Under the pieces are notes generated by a model. It was not told the DNA's origin. It saw nothing but the letters and a program-made list of their open reading frames with translations, and ran no database searches. From assembly GCA_963718615.1 (NCBI GenBank), contig OY970368.1, forward strand, positions 160,001 to 224,000: DNA of 64,000 nt, written 5' to 3'. How positions within the stretch are numbered: position 1 is the first letter of the stretch; each line of letters starts with the position of its first letter. Origin of the DNA: an uncultured cyanobacterium. Its GTDB lineage: Bacteria; Cyanobacteriota; Cyanobacteriia; PCC-9006; JAAUQQ01. The position numbers and the translations under genes are program-made. Below are positions 9,747-20,855 of this stretch, one piece after another.

Positions 9747-11474
9747 CTACGTGCTCTCAGGAAGAAGCGATCGCCAGCGGTTCAACACGGCGGCTAAATC
9801 TTGCCGCCGAAACTGAGCTAAATTTCCCTGGGGGAACTCCGTCAAGGCGTCCAAATCCCCCTCGGCAATTTGCGCTTCAACCTGGTTTAAAACTTCCACC
9901 ATAGTTTGTTGGCCCCGCAACGATGTCTGGCGCAGTTGTAAAAGCACCGCTGCGATCGCCTTGAGCTGTGCGGGTTCAACCCACTGCTCCAGGGCTGAAA
10001 CGTCGATGTTTTCTTGGTTTATGGCGATCGCCTCTAGCCCCCGCGTTTTGCCCTTGACCCGGCGGTCTGCTGCCTCCCCTGGGCTCGGCTGGGCTCGGGA
10101 TGTAAGCTGGGGATAGCGAGGGGTGAGACAACCGAAGCGATCGCCCCCTTCCGAGAGTCTGGCGGTGGTGAACGTCTCGGCGATCGCCTTAGCTTTTTCA
10201 GTCACATCCTCGGGGATAAACTCGTCCAGAGCGATTACCCTATCCGCCACGTCAAAATAATCCCCACTGCCACCCATGACTAAAATCGTCGAGACGCCCT
10301 GTTCTGTATAAAGCTGCTGCACTTTATCTACGAAGGGGGTGATGGGTTCGCGATCCTGGGCGATCAGGGCTTGCATGCGGCGATCGCGAATCATAAAGTT
10401 GGTCGCGGACGTGTCTTCGTCCAAAAGCAACAGCTTGGACCCGGCCTCCAGGGCTTCCAGGATACTGGCGGCTTGGGAGGTGCTGCCGCTAGCGTTGGGC
10501 GTTGAGAAGTTTTCGGTGGATTGGCCTAGGGGCAGATGGTTGATAAAGGGAGAGAGATTAACCCCTGCGACGCTGCGGCCATCTTCGGCACGAATTTTCA
10601 CAGCACTGGGGTCGGTGACAACGGACTCGCGGCCATCGCCGGGAATGTGGCTATAAATCCCCTGGGCGATCGCCTGGAGTAGGGTTGATTTGCCATGGTA
10701 GCCCCCACCGACAATCAGCGTAATCCCGCGCGGAATGCCCATGCCGGTGATCGGACCTCGGTTGGGACAGGTTAACTGAACCCGCAAAGACTCGGGCGAC
10801 TGAAATGGAACAGCCGCAGCCAGGGGGCGGTCATCGATACCGCTGCGGCGCGCTAGGATTGCGCCGTCGGGAATAAACGCTACGAGATTTTGGTGGGCGA
10901 TCGCCCTCCGCAAATATTCCGTATCCTCAACGGTTTCGACATGGGTTTGCAGGGCTGAGGCATCCAGATTGGCATAGCACAACGCTTTCTCTACCAGCGT
11001 CGGGATATCTTCACAAAACATTGCCGCTGCCTGCCGCCCCAGAATCCGCCGTCCCTGGGCCGGGAGTCCGACCGTAAACCGCAGTTCAACCGCACCGGTT
11101 TCTCCGATCAAGACCGTGGTGCGCTCTAAAACCGCTTGACTGGGCCGTTCTAGCTCAATGCGACCGCTATTCCCCATGCCGCGTGACTGGCCGCGTGACT
11201 GGCTGAGCTGCCGACTCCAGCGATCGCCCTGGCGGGTCAAAAAATCCTCTAGCCCTAACCGTCGCGCATCGGTGCCATAGAACGCCGCTGGTAGTCGCGC
11301 CAACCCAGCCTCCACCACGACCCGACAACGACTCGGTGCAGCGAAGGGATCCCCTTGGACCGCATCGATCAGTACTGTAAAACCGTCAGCATCATAGGAG
11401 CCCCGCAGATCTTTGTAGGCGCGATAGCTTTGGCCATCGAGACGCAACAAACGGTCGGAAAGCGCCTGGAGCAT
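9747..11474 (-). CDS. ABC-class ATPase domain protein (COG3044-like)
   Basis: VQGDPFAAPS, Walker A GGGYHGKSTLL, IRAEDGRSV, ASGSTSQAA, LLDEDTSATNFM. Confidence 0.85.
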   Translation of the reverse strand: MLQALSDRLLRLDGQSYRAYKDLRGSYDADGFTVLIDAVQGDPFAAPSRCRVVVEAGLARLPAAFYGTDARRLGLEDFLTRQGDRWSRQLSQSRGQSRGMGNSGRIELERPSQAVLERTTVLIGETGAVELRFTVGLPAQGRRILGRQAAAMFCEDIPTLVEKALCYANLDASALQTHVETVEDTEYLRRAIAHQNLVAFIPDGAILARRSGIDDRPLAAAVPFQSPESLRVQLTCPNRGPITGMGIPRGITLIVGGGYHGKSTLLQAIAQGIYSHIPGDGRESVVTDPSAVKIRAEDGRSVAGVNLSPFINHLPLGQSTENFSTPNASGSTSQAASILEALEAGSKLLLLDEDTSATNFMIRDRRMQALIAQDREPITPFVDKVQQLYTEQGVSTILVMGGSGDYFDVADRVIALDEFIPEDVTEKAKAIAETFTTARLSEGGDRFGCLTPRYPQLTSRAQPSPGEAADRRVKGKTRGLEAIAINQENIDVSALEQWVEPAQLKAIAAVLLQLRQTSLRGQQTMVEVLNQVEAQIAEGDLDALTEFPQGNLAQFRRQDLAAVLNRWRSLLPEST

Positions 11475-11511
11475 AGGAGAAACGCAAAACTAGTACCGGA
11501 CTCGTGCCGCA

Positions 11512-11757
11512 CTAGCAAGCACCGACTTTAACCGGTTCTTTGGTCTTGGCAGTTTCTCTGGCCTTGATGGTTTCTCTGGCCTTGGCGGTTTCTTTGAGCT
11601 CTTCGGTGACATCAAAACCACCGGCATCACGGGTAGCAATAACTTTCAAATTGGGCGAAGAGGCGATCGCTTTCTCCAAGGGCTGACCCAAAAATTGGCT
11701 CAACATATTGCCAAAACCGAGGAGATAAACAATCGGGAAAGCGTCTGGAGATTCCAT
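11512..11757 (-). CDS. small hypothetical protein
   Basis: 81 aa ORF with a perfect TATAAT at 11801-11796 (minus strand) upstream; KARET repeat. Confidence 0.45.
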   Translation of the reverse strand: MESPDAFPIVYLLGFGNMLSQFLGQPLEKAIASSPNLKVIATRDAGGFDVTEELKETAKARETIKARETAKTKEPVKVGAC

Positions 11758-11879
11758 GGCAGGATGCTGGCTGAGGAAGGATTGCGATACGAGTAATTAT
11801 ACTGAAAGAAAAAGGGGCTGGCGATGAAGATTCGGTGATGCTGTGTGACGCTCTAGCGACTGTAAAGATGAATGATCCG

Positions 11880-13064
11880 TTAATGCCCTGATGCGTTGAC
11901 TTGATCCAGTGGGCCAGTGCCAGGATTTGTATCAGGGTTTGTACCAAGGTTGGGAACCGTAGAATTACGACCTAGCCCCAAGCGATATTCTCCCGGTGTC
12001 ATGCCTTCCCAACGCCGAAAGGCACGATTGAACGCCGTGTTTTCTGAAAATCCCAGCAAAAAGGCAATTTCGCTCGTGGTGAGCTGGGAGTTTTGCAAAT
12101 ATTGCACCGCTAGCTGACGACGAATTTCATCGAGAACCTGTTGAAACGAGGTCCCGGCTTGTTGCAACTTGCGCTGGAGCGTGCGAGGAGAATAATTGAG
12201 CCGTTGGGCGATCGCCTCCAGTTTGGGTTCCCGCGCCCGCAATTCTCCTGCTAAAAGATGGCGCAGTTCGTCGACGATGCTGCCGGAGGGGGGCAATTGG
12301 TTCAGCAGATTTTCGGCATAGCGATCGAGCAATTCGCATAGCCCCGCATCGGCCTGGGTCAGCGGGGCGTCCAGCCAGGCGACGGCAAACTGCAGCCGGT
12401 TGCTCCGCCCCCCAAAGGCCAGACGATTGCCAAAAATACGCTGATAAATAGCCTTTTCCTGGGGTTGAGCCTGTTGAAATTCGACCCGGTTGAGCAGCCA
12501 GGGTTGACCCAGACTCCGGTTGCCCCACCGCACGATATTGGCCAGGGTCCAGCCCACACTAATGGAGGATAACCAGACTGCTGCACTGACCGGTGCATAG
12601 ATCAGCGACACCTCGTGACCAACCTGGGACAGCTGAAATTCCATGCCACCGTAAAACAAGCGGCTGTAGCGAACGAGGCGATCGAGCGCTTTACCCAGGG
12701 TTGGGCTGTGGCTCATGGCATAGCCGGTCACATTAAACGTTTCCAATTGGGTGACCTCTGCCATTCGCAAGCCAATATCGGCATCGCCCGACCGACGCGC
12801 AATTTCTCGCCACAGGATCATCAGCTTCTCCTGGGAGACCCGCTGGTCAGGGTCCTCCAAGCTTTCAGGAGAAACCTGAATCGTCTTCAGCAGCTCGGAC
12901 CTAGACAGATCAAACTGTTCCGCCGCTGCCAAGATGCCTTGGATGAGTTTTGCCGAAACCGAGTAGTGGTGATCCAAAGTGTGGTCCCAGGCGATCGCGT
13001 CAGCGGCCAATGGTGAGATTGCTATCTGACATTTTAGGTCACTGTTTATGGCGTCTTCGGTCAA
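11880..13064 (-). CDS. AraC family transcriptional regulator (OruR-like)
   Basis: N-terminal ligand domain; SPRTLQRKLQQAGTSFQQVLD and IAFLLGFSENTAFNRAFRRWEGMTPGEYR. Confidence 0.9.
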   Translation of the reverse strand: MTEDAINSDLKCQIAISPLAADAIAWDHTLDHHYSVSAKLIQGILAAAEQFDLSRSELLKTIQVSPESLEDPDQRVSQEKLMILWREIARRSGDADIGLRMAEVTQLETFNVTGYAMSHSPTLGKALDRLVRYSRLFYGGMEFQLSQVGHEVSLIYAPVSAAVWLSSISVGWTLANIVRWGNRSLGQPWLLNRVEFQQAQPQEKAIYQRIFGNRLAFGGRSNRLQFAVAWLDAPLTQADAGLCELLDRYAENLLNQLPPSGSIVDELRHLLAGELRAREPKLEAIAQRLNYSPRTLQRKLQQAGTSFQQVLDEIRRQLAVQYLQNSQLTTSEIAFLLGFSENTAFNRAFRRWEGMTPGEYRLGLGRNSTVPNLGTNPDTNPGTGPLDQVNASGH

Positions 13065-13124
13065 TCTTTTTGGTCCCCTCCATCGCTACCGTAGAGAGCA
13101 GTGTGTAGGAGAAATTCAAAAATT

Positions 13125-13376
13125 ATGAAACGCGCATTTGCTTTGGCGATCGCCCTAGGTACCGCCTTCTCAGTATCCTTGACCGCTTGTTCGTCCCCTG
13201 ACGCCACCGATCCCGCAGCGCCCACCGAGGGTGCAGCCCCTGTGGAAGAAGCTACGCCCATGGAAACGACCGCTCCGGCTCCGGATGCCAGCAGCACAAC
13301 CCCCGATGCAGCGCCCACCGATGGCGCTGCAACCCCGACCGATGGTGCCACCCCCGCTGCAACCCCAACCCCCTAG
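13125..13376 (+). CDS. small Pro/Ala/Thr-rich lipoprotein
   Basis: MKRAFALAIALGTAFSVSLTAC lipobox; AGGAG upstream; strong hairpin downstream. Confidence 0.7.
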   Translation: MKRAFALAIALGTAFSVSLTACSSPDATDPAAPTEGAAPVEEATPMETTAPAPDASSTTPDAAPTDGAATPTDGATPAATPTP

Positions 13377-13434
13377 GTTTTGATTCTCCATCAGCCATAG
13401 AGCTATATCTCACCCATTAACGTGAGATTCATAT

Positions 13435-13466
13435 CCCGTCCCTAAGGTTTAGGGACGGGGTCTTTT
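13435..13466 (+). terminator. intrinsic terminator
   Basis: cccgtccctaa-ggt-ttagggacggg followed by gtctttt. Confidence 0.6.
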
Positions 13467-13490
13467 GAGAATCATTAAGGATCTCTTCTC

Positions 13491-16349
13491 ATGGCCCCTG
13501 CCTCTCCTTCCAGTGCCTTGGCACGCGCTAGCCGCGACGCCTATCATGTCTTGGATATTGCGGAAACCACCCAACAGCTTGCTGTCAATCCGGAGACGGG
13601 GTTGACTGCCCCCGAGGCCCAAGCACGACAACGACGCTACGGGTTGAACGAGTTGGAGGAGAAGGGAGGACGGAGTAAATGGGCCATCTTTCGCGATCAG
13701 TTCACCAATATCATGCTAGTGATGCTGATGGTGGTGGCGGTGGTCTCAGCGGTTTTGGATATTCGAACCCAGCAGTTTCCGAAGGATGCGATCGCCATCT
13801 TCGCCATCGTTTTGCTCAACGGCATTTTGGGCTATTTCCAGGAGAATCAGGCAGAAAAGGCATTGGCGGCGCTAAAACAGATGTCTTCGCCCCAAGTGCG
13901 AGTCCTGCGCGACGGCAGCCAGCAAGAGATTGATGGCAAGGAATTGGTGCCAGGGGATGTCATCTATATCGAAGCGGGAACCCAACTGGCAGCGGATGGA
14001 CGCTTGCTAGAGGCGGTGAATTTGCAGGTGCGGGAAGCGGCGTTGACGGGGGAGGCGATCGCCGTAACCAAACAAGCGGATTTGGTTCTACCGCTGGATG
14101 CGGCTTTGGGCGATCGCCTCAACTTAGTGTTTCAAGGCACAGAAGTCATCCAAGGTCGAGGCCAGGTGTTGGTCACCGCCACAGGCATGAGCACAGAACT
14201 GGGCCGCATTGCTGAACTCCTCCAAACGGTGGAAACAGAACCCACCCCGCTCCAGCAACGCATGACCCAATTGGGAAACGTCCTGGTCAGCGGCTCAATG
14301 GTTCTGGTTGCCCTCGTGGTTTTGGGCGGAGGCTTTGTCTTGGGCTGGGACAATCTGCCCAATTTGCTCGAAGTCTCCCTCAGTATGGCGGTGGCGGTGG
14401 TCCCGGAAAGTCTCCCGGCGGTGATTACCGTAACCCTAGCCCTAGGGATGCAGCGAATGGTGAAGCGACAGGCTCTGATCCGTCAGCTTCCGGCGGTAGA
14501 GACCTTGGGATCGGTGACCACGATTTGTTCGGACAAAACCGGCACGCTGACCCAAAACAAAATGGTCGTGAAACAGGTTTACTGCGAGAACCAATCCTTG
14601 TGGATTAGTGGGGATGGCTATAACCCGGTCGGAAATTTTATTCAAGCCGATACCGGCTCCGCGCCGCTCTCGCCAGAGCAATTATCCCCGGCGATTCAGT
14701 GGCTGTTGCTCGCGGGGCTCCTCTGCAACGATGCAGTTCTGCAAAAAGAACAGGGCCAATGGACAATTTTAGGGGATCCAACGGAAGGGGCGCTGCTCTC
14801 CCTTGCGGGTAAAGCCGGGTTGCAAAAGGATTACTGGATTGAGCGGTTACCTCGGGTCTTGGAAATTCCCTTCTCCTCCGAGCGCAAACGCATGAGTATT
14901 GTTTGCCAAACGGACTCCCGCCTAGAAACCGATCTAGCCGTCGATCTGCCTCCCTATGTCGCCTTTACAAAAGGATCACCGGAGCTGGTCTTGGACTGTT
15001 GCAGTCAACAGCAAAATGGTGAACCACTGCCGCTTACCCCTACCCTACGGCAACAAATTTTGCAGCAAAACGAGCATCTGGCCCGTCAAGGATTGCGGGT
15101 TTTAGGATTAGCTTTTCGTCCACTGGCCAGCCTTGGAAACTTGACCGCTACAGAGCAGCTAGAAGGGATTTCAGCGGAGGCTGCCATAGAACAGGATTTG
15201 GTTTGGCTCGGTCTCATGGCAATGATGGATCCACCCCGGCCCGAGGTTCGGACAGCGGTTGAACATTGTCGTGCTGCTGGGATTCGCCCGGTGATGATTA
15301 CGGGAGACCATCAGTTAACGGCTCAGGCGATCGCCCAAGACCTCGGCATTCTCCCCGCCGGCCCCCACGACCAGGACGTTCTAACTGGACGGGATTTGGA
15401 TCAATTAACAACGGCTGAACTGGCCACCCGCGTTGACCAAGTGGGCGTCTATGCCCGTGTGTCTCCGGAGCACAAACTGCGCATTGTCCAAGCCCTCCAG
15501 CAAAAGGGGCAAATCGTCGCGATGACCGGCGATGGCGTCAACGACGCCCCAGCCCTCAAACAGTCCGACATCGGTATTGCCATGGGGATCACCGGCACGG
15601 ATGTCAGCAAAGGGGCGGCGGATATGGTGTTGCTCGACGATAACTTTAGTTCGATTGTCTCGGCCACGGAAGAAGGCCGGATTGTCTACGACAATATTCG
15701 TCGCTTTATCAAATATGTTCTAGGCAGCAACATTGGCGAAGTCTTAACCATTGCCATGACGCCGCTGCTGGGGTTCGCTGGGGTTCCCCTCAGTCCGCTT
15801 CAGATCCTGTGGATGAACCTAGTGACCGATGGTCTACCGGCATTGGCATTAGCGCTGGAACAGGGCGAACCCGACGTGATGCAGCGTCCGCCTTACCATC
15901 CCAGAGAAAACATTTTTGCAAGGGGATTAGGGCTATACATGGTGCGGGTCGGTTTAGTCCTGGGAATTGTGACGATCGCCCTGATGATCTGGGGCTATCA
16001 CTACACCCACGCTAATCCAACCGCTGCTGACCCCGATAGTAATCGCTGGAAAACCATGGTGTTTACGACGCTGTGTTTGGCTCAGATGGGGCATGCTTGG
16101 GCGGTGCGATCGCAAACCCAGTTCACTTTCGAACTCAATCCCTTTTCCAACCGCTTTCTCCTCTGGGCTGTATTGCTGACCACTGCCCTACAACTGCTGT
16201 TGATCTACGTCGAACCGCTACGCAACTTCTTCAACACTTACTGGCTAAGCCCGATAGAACTGTTGGTGTGTTTAGGGTTTAGCGCCCTCGTCTTTGTTTG
16301 GCTCGAAGCGGAAAAATTAGTTCTACGGCTTAAACATCGGTCTCCTTAA
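13491..16349 (+). CDS. cation-transporting P-type ATPase (Ca2+-type, PacL-like)
   Basis: [38 protein letters not shown]. Confidence 0.92.
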   Translation: MAPASPSSALARASRDAYHVLDIAETTQQLAVNPETGLTAPEAQARQRRYGLNELEEKGGRSKWAIFRDQFTNIMLVMLMVVAVVSAVLDIRTQQFPKDAIAIFAIVLLNGILGYFQENQAEKALAALKQMSSPQVRVLRDGSQQEIDGKELVPGDVIYIEAGTQLAADGRLLEAVNLQVREAALTGEAIAVTKQADLVLPLDAALGDRLNLVFQGTEVIQGRGQVLVTATGMSTELGRIAELLQTVETEPTPLQQRMTQLGNVLVSGSMVLVALVVLGGGFVLGWDNLPNLLEVSLSMAVAVVPESLPAVITVTLALGMQRMVKRQALIRQLPAVETLGSVTTICSDKTGTLTQNKMVVKQVYCENQSLWISGDGYNPVGNFIQADTGSAPLSPEQLSPAIQWLLLAGLLCNDAVLQKEQGQWTILGDPTEGALLSLAGKAGLQKDYWIERLPRVLEIPFSSERKRMSIVCQTDSRLETDLAVDLPPYVAFTKGSPELVLDCCSQQQNGEPLPLTPTLRQQILQQNEHLARQGLRVLGLAFRPLASLGNLTATEQLEGISAEAAIEQDLVWLGLMAMMDPPRPEVRTAVEHCRAAGIRPVMITGDHQLTAQAIAQDLGILPAGPHDQDVLTGRDLDQLTTAELATRVDQVGVYARVSPEHKLRIVQALQQKGQIVAMTGDGVNDAPALKQSDIGIAMGITGTDVSKGAADMVLLDDNFSSIVSATEEGRIVYDNIRRFIKYVLGSNIGEVLTIAMTPLLGFAGVPLSPLQILWMNLVTDGLPALALALEQGEPDVMQRPPYHPRENIFARGLGLYMVRVGLVLGIVTIALMIWGYHYTHANPTAADPDSNRWKTMVFTTLCLAQMGHAWAVRSQTQFTFELNPFSNRFLLWAVLLTTALQLLLIYVEPLRNFFNTYWLSPIELLVCLGFSALVFVWLEAEKLVLRLKHRSP

Positions 16350-16399
16350 TGCATCATCGGTCCTGCTGAATTCCTTACCTGGTTGGCTGAGGTTTCTCC

Positions 16400-18511
16400 A
16401 TGTTCAATACCGCCGGACTGGCTGCAAACCCAGTCGTCGCCTTTACGATTTTGCTGTTGGTCAGTCTCACCGTCCCGCCGCTGATCGAGCGACTGCGATT
16501 ACCAGGGTTGGTGGGGCTTTTACTGGCCGGAATGGTACTGGGTCCCTTTGGGCTCAAACTACTCAATCCGGAGACCGAAACCGTCAAACTGCTTTCCGAT
16601 ATCGGCAAGATTTATCTAATGTTTGTGGCCGGGTTGGAAATCGACATGCAGGCGTTTCGCCGCACCCGCAATCGCTCCTTGGGGTTTGGCCTAGCGACGT
16701 TTACCTGTCCGCTGCTTGTGGGCACGGCTGTAGGGTTAGGATTTGGCTTTGGCTGGAATGCTTCAATTTTGATCGGCTCGCTGTTTGCCTCCCATACGCT
16801 TTTGGCCTATCCGCTGGTGCAGCGGCTGGGGGTGGTTCGCAATGAAGCGGTGACGGTGACGGTGGGTGCGACGATTTTTACGGATATTGGGGCGTTGTTG
16901 GTCCTGGCGGTTTGTGTGGCGATTCATCGGGGGGAATTCACCTGGTACAGTTTGCCGCTGCAATTGTTGGCCCTGGGAATTTATGCGGCAATTGTGTTGC
17001 TAGGTCTCGATCGCCTCGGCAAAGAATATTTCCGCCGCACCGGAAACGACGAAGGCAACCAGTTTTTGTTTATTCTCCTAGCCCTATTTCTCGCGGCGGT
17101 CGGGGCTCAACTGATCCACATTGAAAATATTGTCGGCGCATTTTTAGCGGGTCTCGCGGTCAATGACGTCCTCGGGCGCGGTGCAGTCAAGGAAAAGGTC
17201 GAATTTGTTGGCGGTGTCCTGTTTATCCCGTTTTTTTTCGTGGCCATGGGGCTGCTGATCGACATTCCGGTCTTTATCCAAACCCTCTCCAGCGATTTTG
17301 CGCTGGTCTTAGCCGTAGTCGTAGGCCTGATCGGCAGCAAATTCCTCGCCGCGCTCTGCGCCAAACAGCTTTATGGCTACGGCTGGACGGAAGCTCTAAC
17401 CATGTGGTCGCTGTCTTTGCCTCAGGTGGCCGCAACCCTAGCCGCAGCATTGGTAGGGGTGCAGGTGGGGCTGTTGAGTCAGCCGTTGTTTAACAGCGTG
17501 ATTGTGTTGATGCTTGTGACCTCGGTGTTAGGGCCGGTTCTGACCAAGCGGTTTGCCAGTCGGTTACCCCTGGCGGAAGCGATTCCCCAGGCGATCGCGA
17601 CGCATTCTGAAGCGCCTTCCGTCGAAACTCATTCTAGTCAGCCTTCTCCGGTCAGCATCGTTGTCCCAATCTACAACCCCAACACCGAAGGCGCACTCCT
17701 AGAGCTAGCGGGAGTTTTCTTGCAGTCTTCGCTAATTTCCCAGGACAACTCGACCGCTGGATCTCAGATCGTCCCCCTAGCGGTAGTGCCTGCCCCCTCA
17801 GGACTGAATGGTTGGGAACTAGAAACCGAACTCACTCGACGTAAAGCGTTGCTGCGGCAGGCGATGGAAATTTGCGATCGCCTCGCCCTCCCCGCCCATC
17901 CGCTCCTCCGGATTGACCGAGATATTGGCCTTGGCATTTGTCACGCCGCGCAGGAGCAGAACGCGAAGCTGATTGTCATGGGCTATGGCGATCGCACCTC
18001 CCTCCAAGCCCGTTTACTCGGAACCATCACTGACCAAGTCTTTCGGGCTAGCCCTTGCCCACTCCTGGTGGCCTATTTGCTCAGTCCTCCCGCAACCTTG
18101 AAACGGATTTTGGTCCCGCTCTGGGATCTACGCCCTCAAGCCTTTCAACTTCTGTACTTTGCTCAGGATTTAGCCCAATGCCTCCAAGCTCAAATCACGA
18201 TTCTTTATATTTGTCCCCCCTCGGTGTCCATCGCCGAGCAGCGGGAATTGCGCGATCGCCTAGAGCAGCAACTGGTTAGACCCCCAATGCATTCAGCGTC
18301 CTCAGCGCTGTCAGAGCCGTTACTCAAAATCAAAGTCTTTCCCCATGCGGATATTGAAGCGTCGGTTCTACGCGCATCCCAGCAGGTTGATTTAGTCCTG
18401 CTCAGTGCTTGGGATGTCGCACCGGGCCGAGACCTCACTCGCAACTACGGCATCAATCTGTTACAAAACGTCCCCTGTTCAATTGCGCTGTTATCGGAGG
18501 CCATGGGATGA
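16400..18511 (+). CDS. cation:proton antiporter (CPA2) with C-terminal USP domains
   Basis: Multi-TM N-terminal half (LMFVAGLEID, GATIFTDIGAL); USP-like C-terminal half. Confidence 0.88.
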   Translation: MFNTAGLAANPVVAFTILLLVSLTVPPLIERLRLPGLVGLLLAGMVLGPFGLKLLNPETETVKLLSDIGKIYLMFVAGLEIDMQAFRRTRNRSLGFGLATFTCPLLVGTAVGLGFGFGWNASILIGSLFASHTLLAYPLVQRLGVVRNEAVTVTVGATIFTDIGALLVLAVCVAIHRGEFTWYSLPLQLLALGIYAAIVLLGLDRLGKEYFRRTGNDEGNQFLFILLALFLAAVGAQLIHIENIVGAFLAGLAVNDVLGRGAVKEKVEFVGGVLFIPFFFVAMGLLIDIPVFIQTLSSDFALVLAVVVGLIGSKFLAALCAKQLYGYGWTEALTMWSLSLPQVAATLAAALVGVQVGLLSQPLFNSVIVLMLVTSVLGPVLTKRFASRLPLAEAIPQAIATHSEAPSVETHSSQPSPVSIVVPIYNPNTEGALLELAGVFLQSSLISQDNSTAGSQIVPLAVVPAPSGLNGWELETELTRRKALLRQAMEICDRLALPAHPLLRIDRDIGLGICHAAQEQNAKLIVMGYGDRTSLQARLLGTITDQVFRASPCPLLVAYLLSPPATLKRILVPLWDLRPQAFQLLYFAQDLAQCLQAQITILYICPPSVSIAEQRELRDRLEQQLVRPPMHSASSALSEPLLKIKVFPHADIEASVLRASQQVDLVLLSAWDVAPGRDLTRNYGINLLQNVPCSIALLSEAMG

Positions 18512-18868
18512 CCCCCCCAAACGCCCAAAACCAGAGATTGCGATCGCGCCCCAGTTCTAAGCCTAAGCTCCCCTATTTCTATCATCCTGCGGGGACAGCG
18601 CCAGGGACGCTAAACATTTCCGTACGCGCATTCGCAGTCACAAAGGCGTGATTCGACGCAGCTGACGGTGATCTCCACAATCTTTATCCCGTTGACGTTT
18701 GTTGCCGGGATTTACGGCATGAATTTCAACCCCGACGCATCCCCTTGGAATATGCCGGAGTTGAACTGGTATTGGGGATATCCTTTGGTTTTGGGCGTGA
18801 TGGGGGCAATGGCGATCGCCATGGTCCTGTTCTTTTGGCGAAGAGGTTGGTTTAATCGACTGCCCTAA
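18508..18868 (+). pseudogene. corA: corA Mg2+/Co2+ transporter remnant with two internal deletions
   Basis: N-terminus YFYHPAGTAPGTLNI, a middle fragment RTRIRSHKGVIRR (18621-18659) and C-terminus LTVISTIFIPLTFVAGIYGMNF...MPELNWYWGY lie in three different frames within 361 bp. Confidence 0.8.
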
Positions 18869-18911
18869 ACCTTAAACCCTTGCCCTTAAACCCTTGCCCT
18901 CACTTTGGCCC

Positions 18912-19175
18912 TTAACCCGGAATCAAACTACTGAGGAACTGGAGCAGAAAAATCGCCAAAATCGGAGAGATATCAATTCCACCCAGGGGCGGAATAAATT
19001 GGCGAAACAGATTCAGATAAGGATCGGTGATTTGGCTCAGGGCCGCGAAGGGCTGGTTATACCAATCGATGGTCGGGAACCAAGTCAGCAAAACCCGAAC
19101 AATCAGCAGACCCGTATAGATAAATAGCGTCGTGGAGACGGTATTAGAAATTAATCCAAAAGAGGACTCAGCCAT
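18912..19175 (-). CDS. YggT/Ycf19 (YlmG-like) membrane protein
   Basis: RVLLTWFP...ITDPYLNLFRQFIPPLGGIDISPILAIF. Confidence 0.92.
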   Translation of the reverse strand: MAESSFGLISNTVSTTLFIYTGLLIVRVLLTWFPTIDWYNQPFAALSQITDPYLNLFRQFIPPLGGIDISPILAIFLLQFLSSLIPG

Positions 19176-19302
19176 AGGAGTTTTTTGAGAACGTGACCAA
19201 GACAGCTTAACTAATCAACGTGGAACAAGCCACAGCACTACTTTAACTCAATTGCCCAAAACCCTGGCCCTAGGGCTTCGCGTTTCTCAGGAAAAAACAG
19301 TC

Positions 19303-19330
19303 AAAAAAAGGGTGTGGAGCAACACACCCT
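19303..19330 (-). terminator. sigC terminator
   Basis: agggtgt...acaccct stem with an A-tract on its left (U-tract on the minus strand). Confidence 0.6.
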
Positions 19331-19392
19331 CAAATCTGCTTTACAAAACGGAGGAAATTGAGCAATCATCCACCCAGCCTAGACAGCCAAGC

Positions 19393-20679
19393 CTAAGTCA
19401 AAGCTTCAAGGTAGTCACGGATGAGGTTGCGACGGCGGGGCTGACGCAGCTTTTGCAACGCCTTGGCTTCGATTTGGCGCACGCGCTCCCGAGAGAGTTC
19501 CAGCGTCCGGCCAATTTCCGCTAGTGAGTAGGGCTGACCATCCCGTAGGCCGAAGCGCATGCGAATCACGTCGCGTTCGCGATCAGTCAGTTCCGCCAGC
19601 AGGTTGTGCAAGTCCCGGCGGAGAGATTCCCGCAGGAGCTGATCCTCCGGCGTGGCTTCGTCGGTTTCCAGTAGGTCACCCAGTTCCGTATCCTTTTCCT
19701 TGCCCACCTTGGTTTCCAGGGAAACCGAGCGGGGCACCCGCAGGAGCACTTCCCGCACCTGGGCGGGCGTCATTTCCAGCTCCTTGGCCACGTCTTCGAT
19801 GGTGGCGGTATGGCCCTTTTCCTGGGAGATTTGGCGTTGGGCCTTTTTGATTTTGTTGAGCTTTTCGGTGATGTGGACCGGTAGGCGGATGGTACGGCTT
19901 TGGGTGGCGATCGCCCGAGTAATCCCCTGACGAATCCACCAGTAGGCGTAGGTACTAAAGCGATAGCCCTTGGTGGGGTCAAACTTCTCAACCGCCCGCT
20001 CCAAACCGAGGGTTCCTTCCTGAATCAAGTCCAGGAGTTCCAAACCCCGGTTCTGATATTTCTTGGCGACAGAAACCACCAAGCGTAGGTTGGCATTAAT
20101 CATTCGCTGCTTTGCCTTTTCGCCAGCAGTTAAAGCCTTTTCCAGTTCCTCAACCGGGATTTCTGCAGCTTCGGCCCAGAGGGCTTTGCCCTTGGCCAGA
20201 GCAGGCTTGAGTTCCGCAGAAGCAATGCCTGCCGTGGCTGCCCAGCGCTCCAAAGAAGGCCGATGGCCCAGCCGAGAGCGGAGAGAATCTCGCACTTCGA
20301 CCAGCTTGACGTACTCTTGCAGCACGCCGCCTTGCTCGTTGGCAGCGACTTGGCGCAGTTCCAGCAGACTCATGTAGCGCTGAACTTTTTGGGCCTCGGA
20401 AACTTCCTCATGGCGCATGAGCAAGCGCACGCGGCCAATTTCCTGAAGGTAGAGACGGACTAAGTCGGTGGTCCGACGACCGGTTCCAACGGCAGCCGCA
20501 GCTTGGATGTCGAGGGTGGGCTCGTCTACCAGTTCTTCAGCTTCCAGTTCTTCGACAGCGGCGATCGCGTCGTTATCAATATTATCAATCTCATCACCGC
20601 CGAAAAAGTCGTCGGTTTCAGGGTCAAGAACAGCCTCATCTGAGGGTGCTGACGCTTGATAGAAGGGGAGTTCTGACAT
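19393..20679 (-). CDS. sigC: group 2 RNA polymerase sigma factor SigC
   Basis: RRTTDLVRLYLQEIGRVRLL...EVSEAQKVQRY, ANLRLVVSVAKKYQNRGL, FSTYAYWWIRQGITRAIATQSR. Confidence 0.85.
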   Translation of the reverse strand: MSELPFYQASAPSDEAVLDPETDDFFGGDEIDNIDNDAIAAVEELEAEELVDEPTLDIQAAAAVGTGRRTTDLVRLYLQEIGRVRLLMRHEEVSEAQKVQRYMSLLELRQVAANEQGGVLQEYVKLVEVRDSLRSRLGHRPSLERWAATAGIASAELKPALAKGKALWAEAAEIPVEELEKALTAGEKAKQRMINANLRLVVSVAKKYQNRGLELLDLIQEGTLGLERAVEKFDPTKGYRFSTYAYWWIRQGITRAIATQSRTIRLPVHITEKLNKIKKAQRQISQEKGHTATIEDVAKELEMTPAQVREVLLRVPRSVSLETKVGKEKDTELGDLLETDEATPEDQLLRESLRRDLHNLLAELTDRERDVIRMRFGLRDGQPYSLAEIGRTLELSRERVRQIEAKALQKLRQPRRRNLIRDYLEALT

Positions 20680-20839
20680 AGGTCACGCAGGTGGTTGAGG
20701 AAATGATGACTAGACTTACTCTGGTCTCACGCCCCTAGTGTTCCCAACGATGTAGACTCGTGCACAGTCTGGGAGGTTCCGGGAATCTAGGGAGGTTAGG
20801 TCGGGGAGAATCGCTTAAGTCAGTTTTATCTGACTCCGA

Positions 20840-20855
20840 TGTAAAAAAGTCTACA
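20840..20855. promoter_or_regulatory. candidate NtcA site upstream of sigC
   Basis: TGTA-aaaaagtc-TACA; no clean -10 at the canonical spacing. Confidence 0.4.

Noticed and set aside
13435-13460. Hairpin resembling an IS200/IS605 end
   Set aside because: No tnpA/tnpB remnant nearby; its position and T-tail fit an ordinary terminator.
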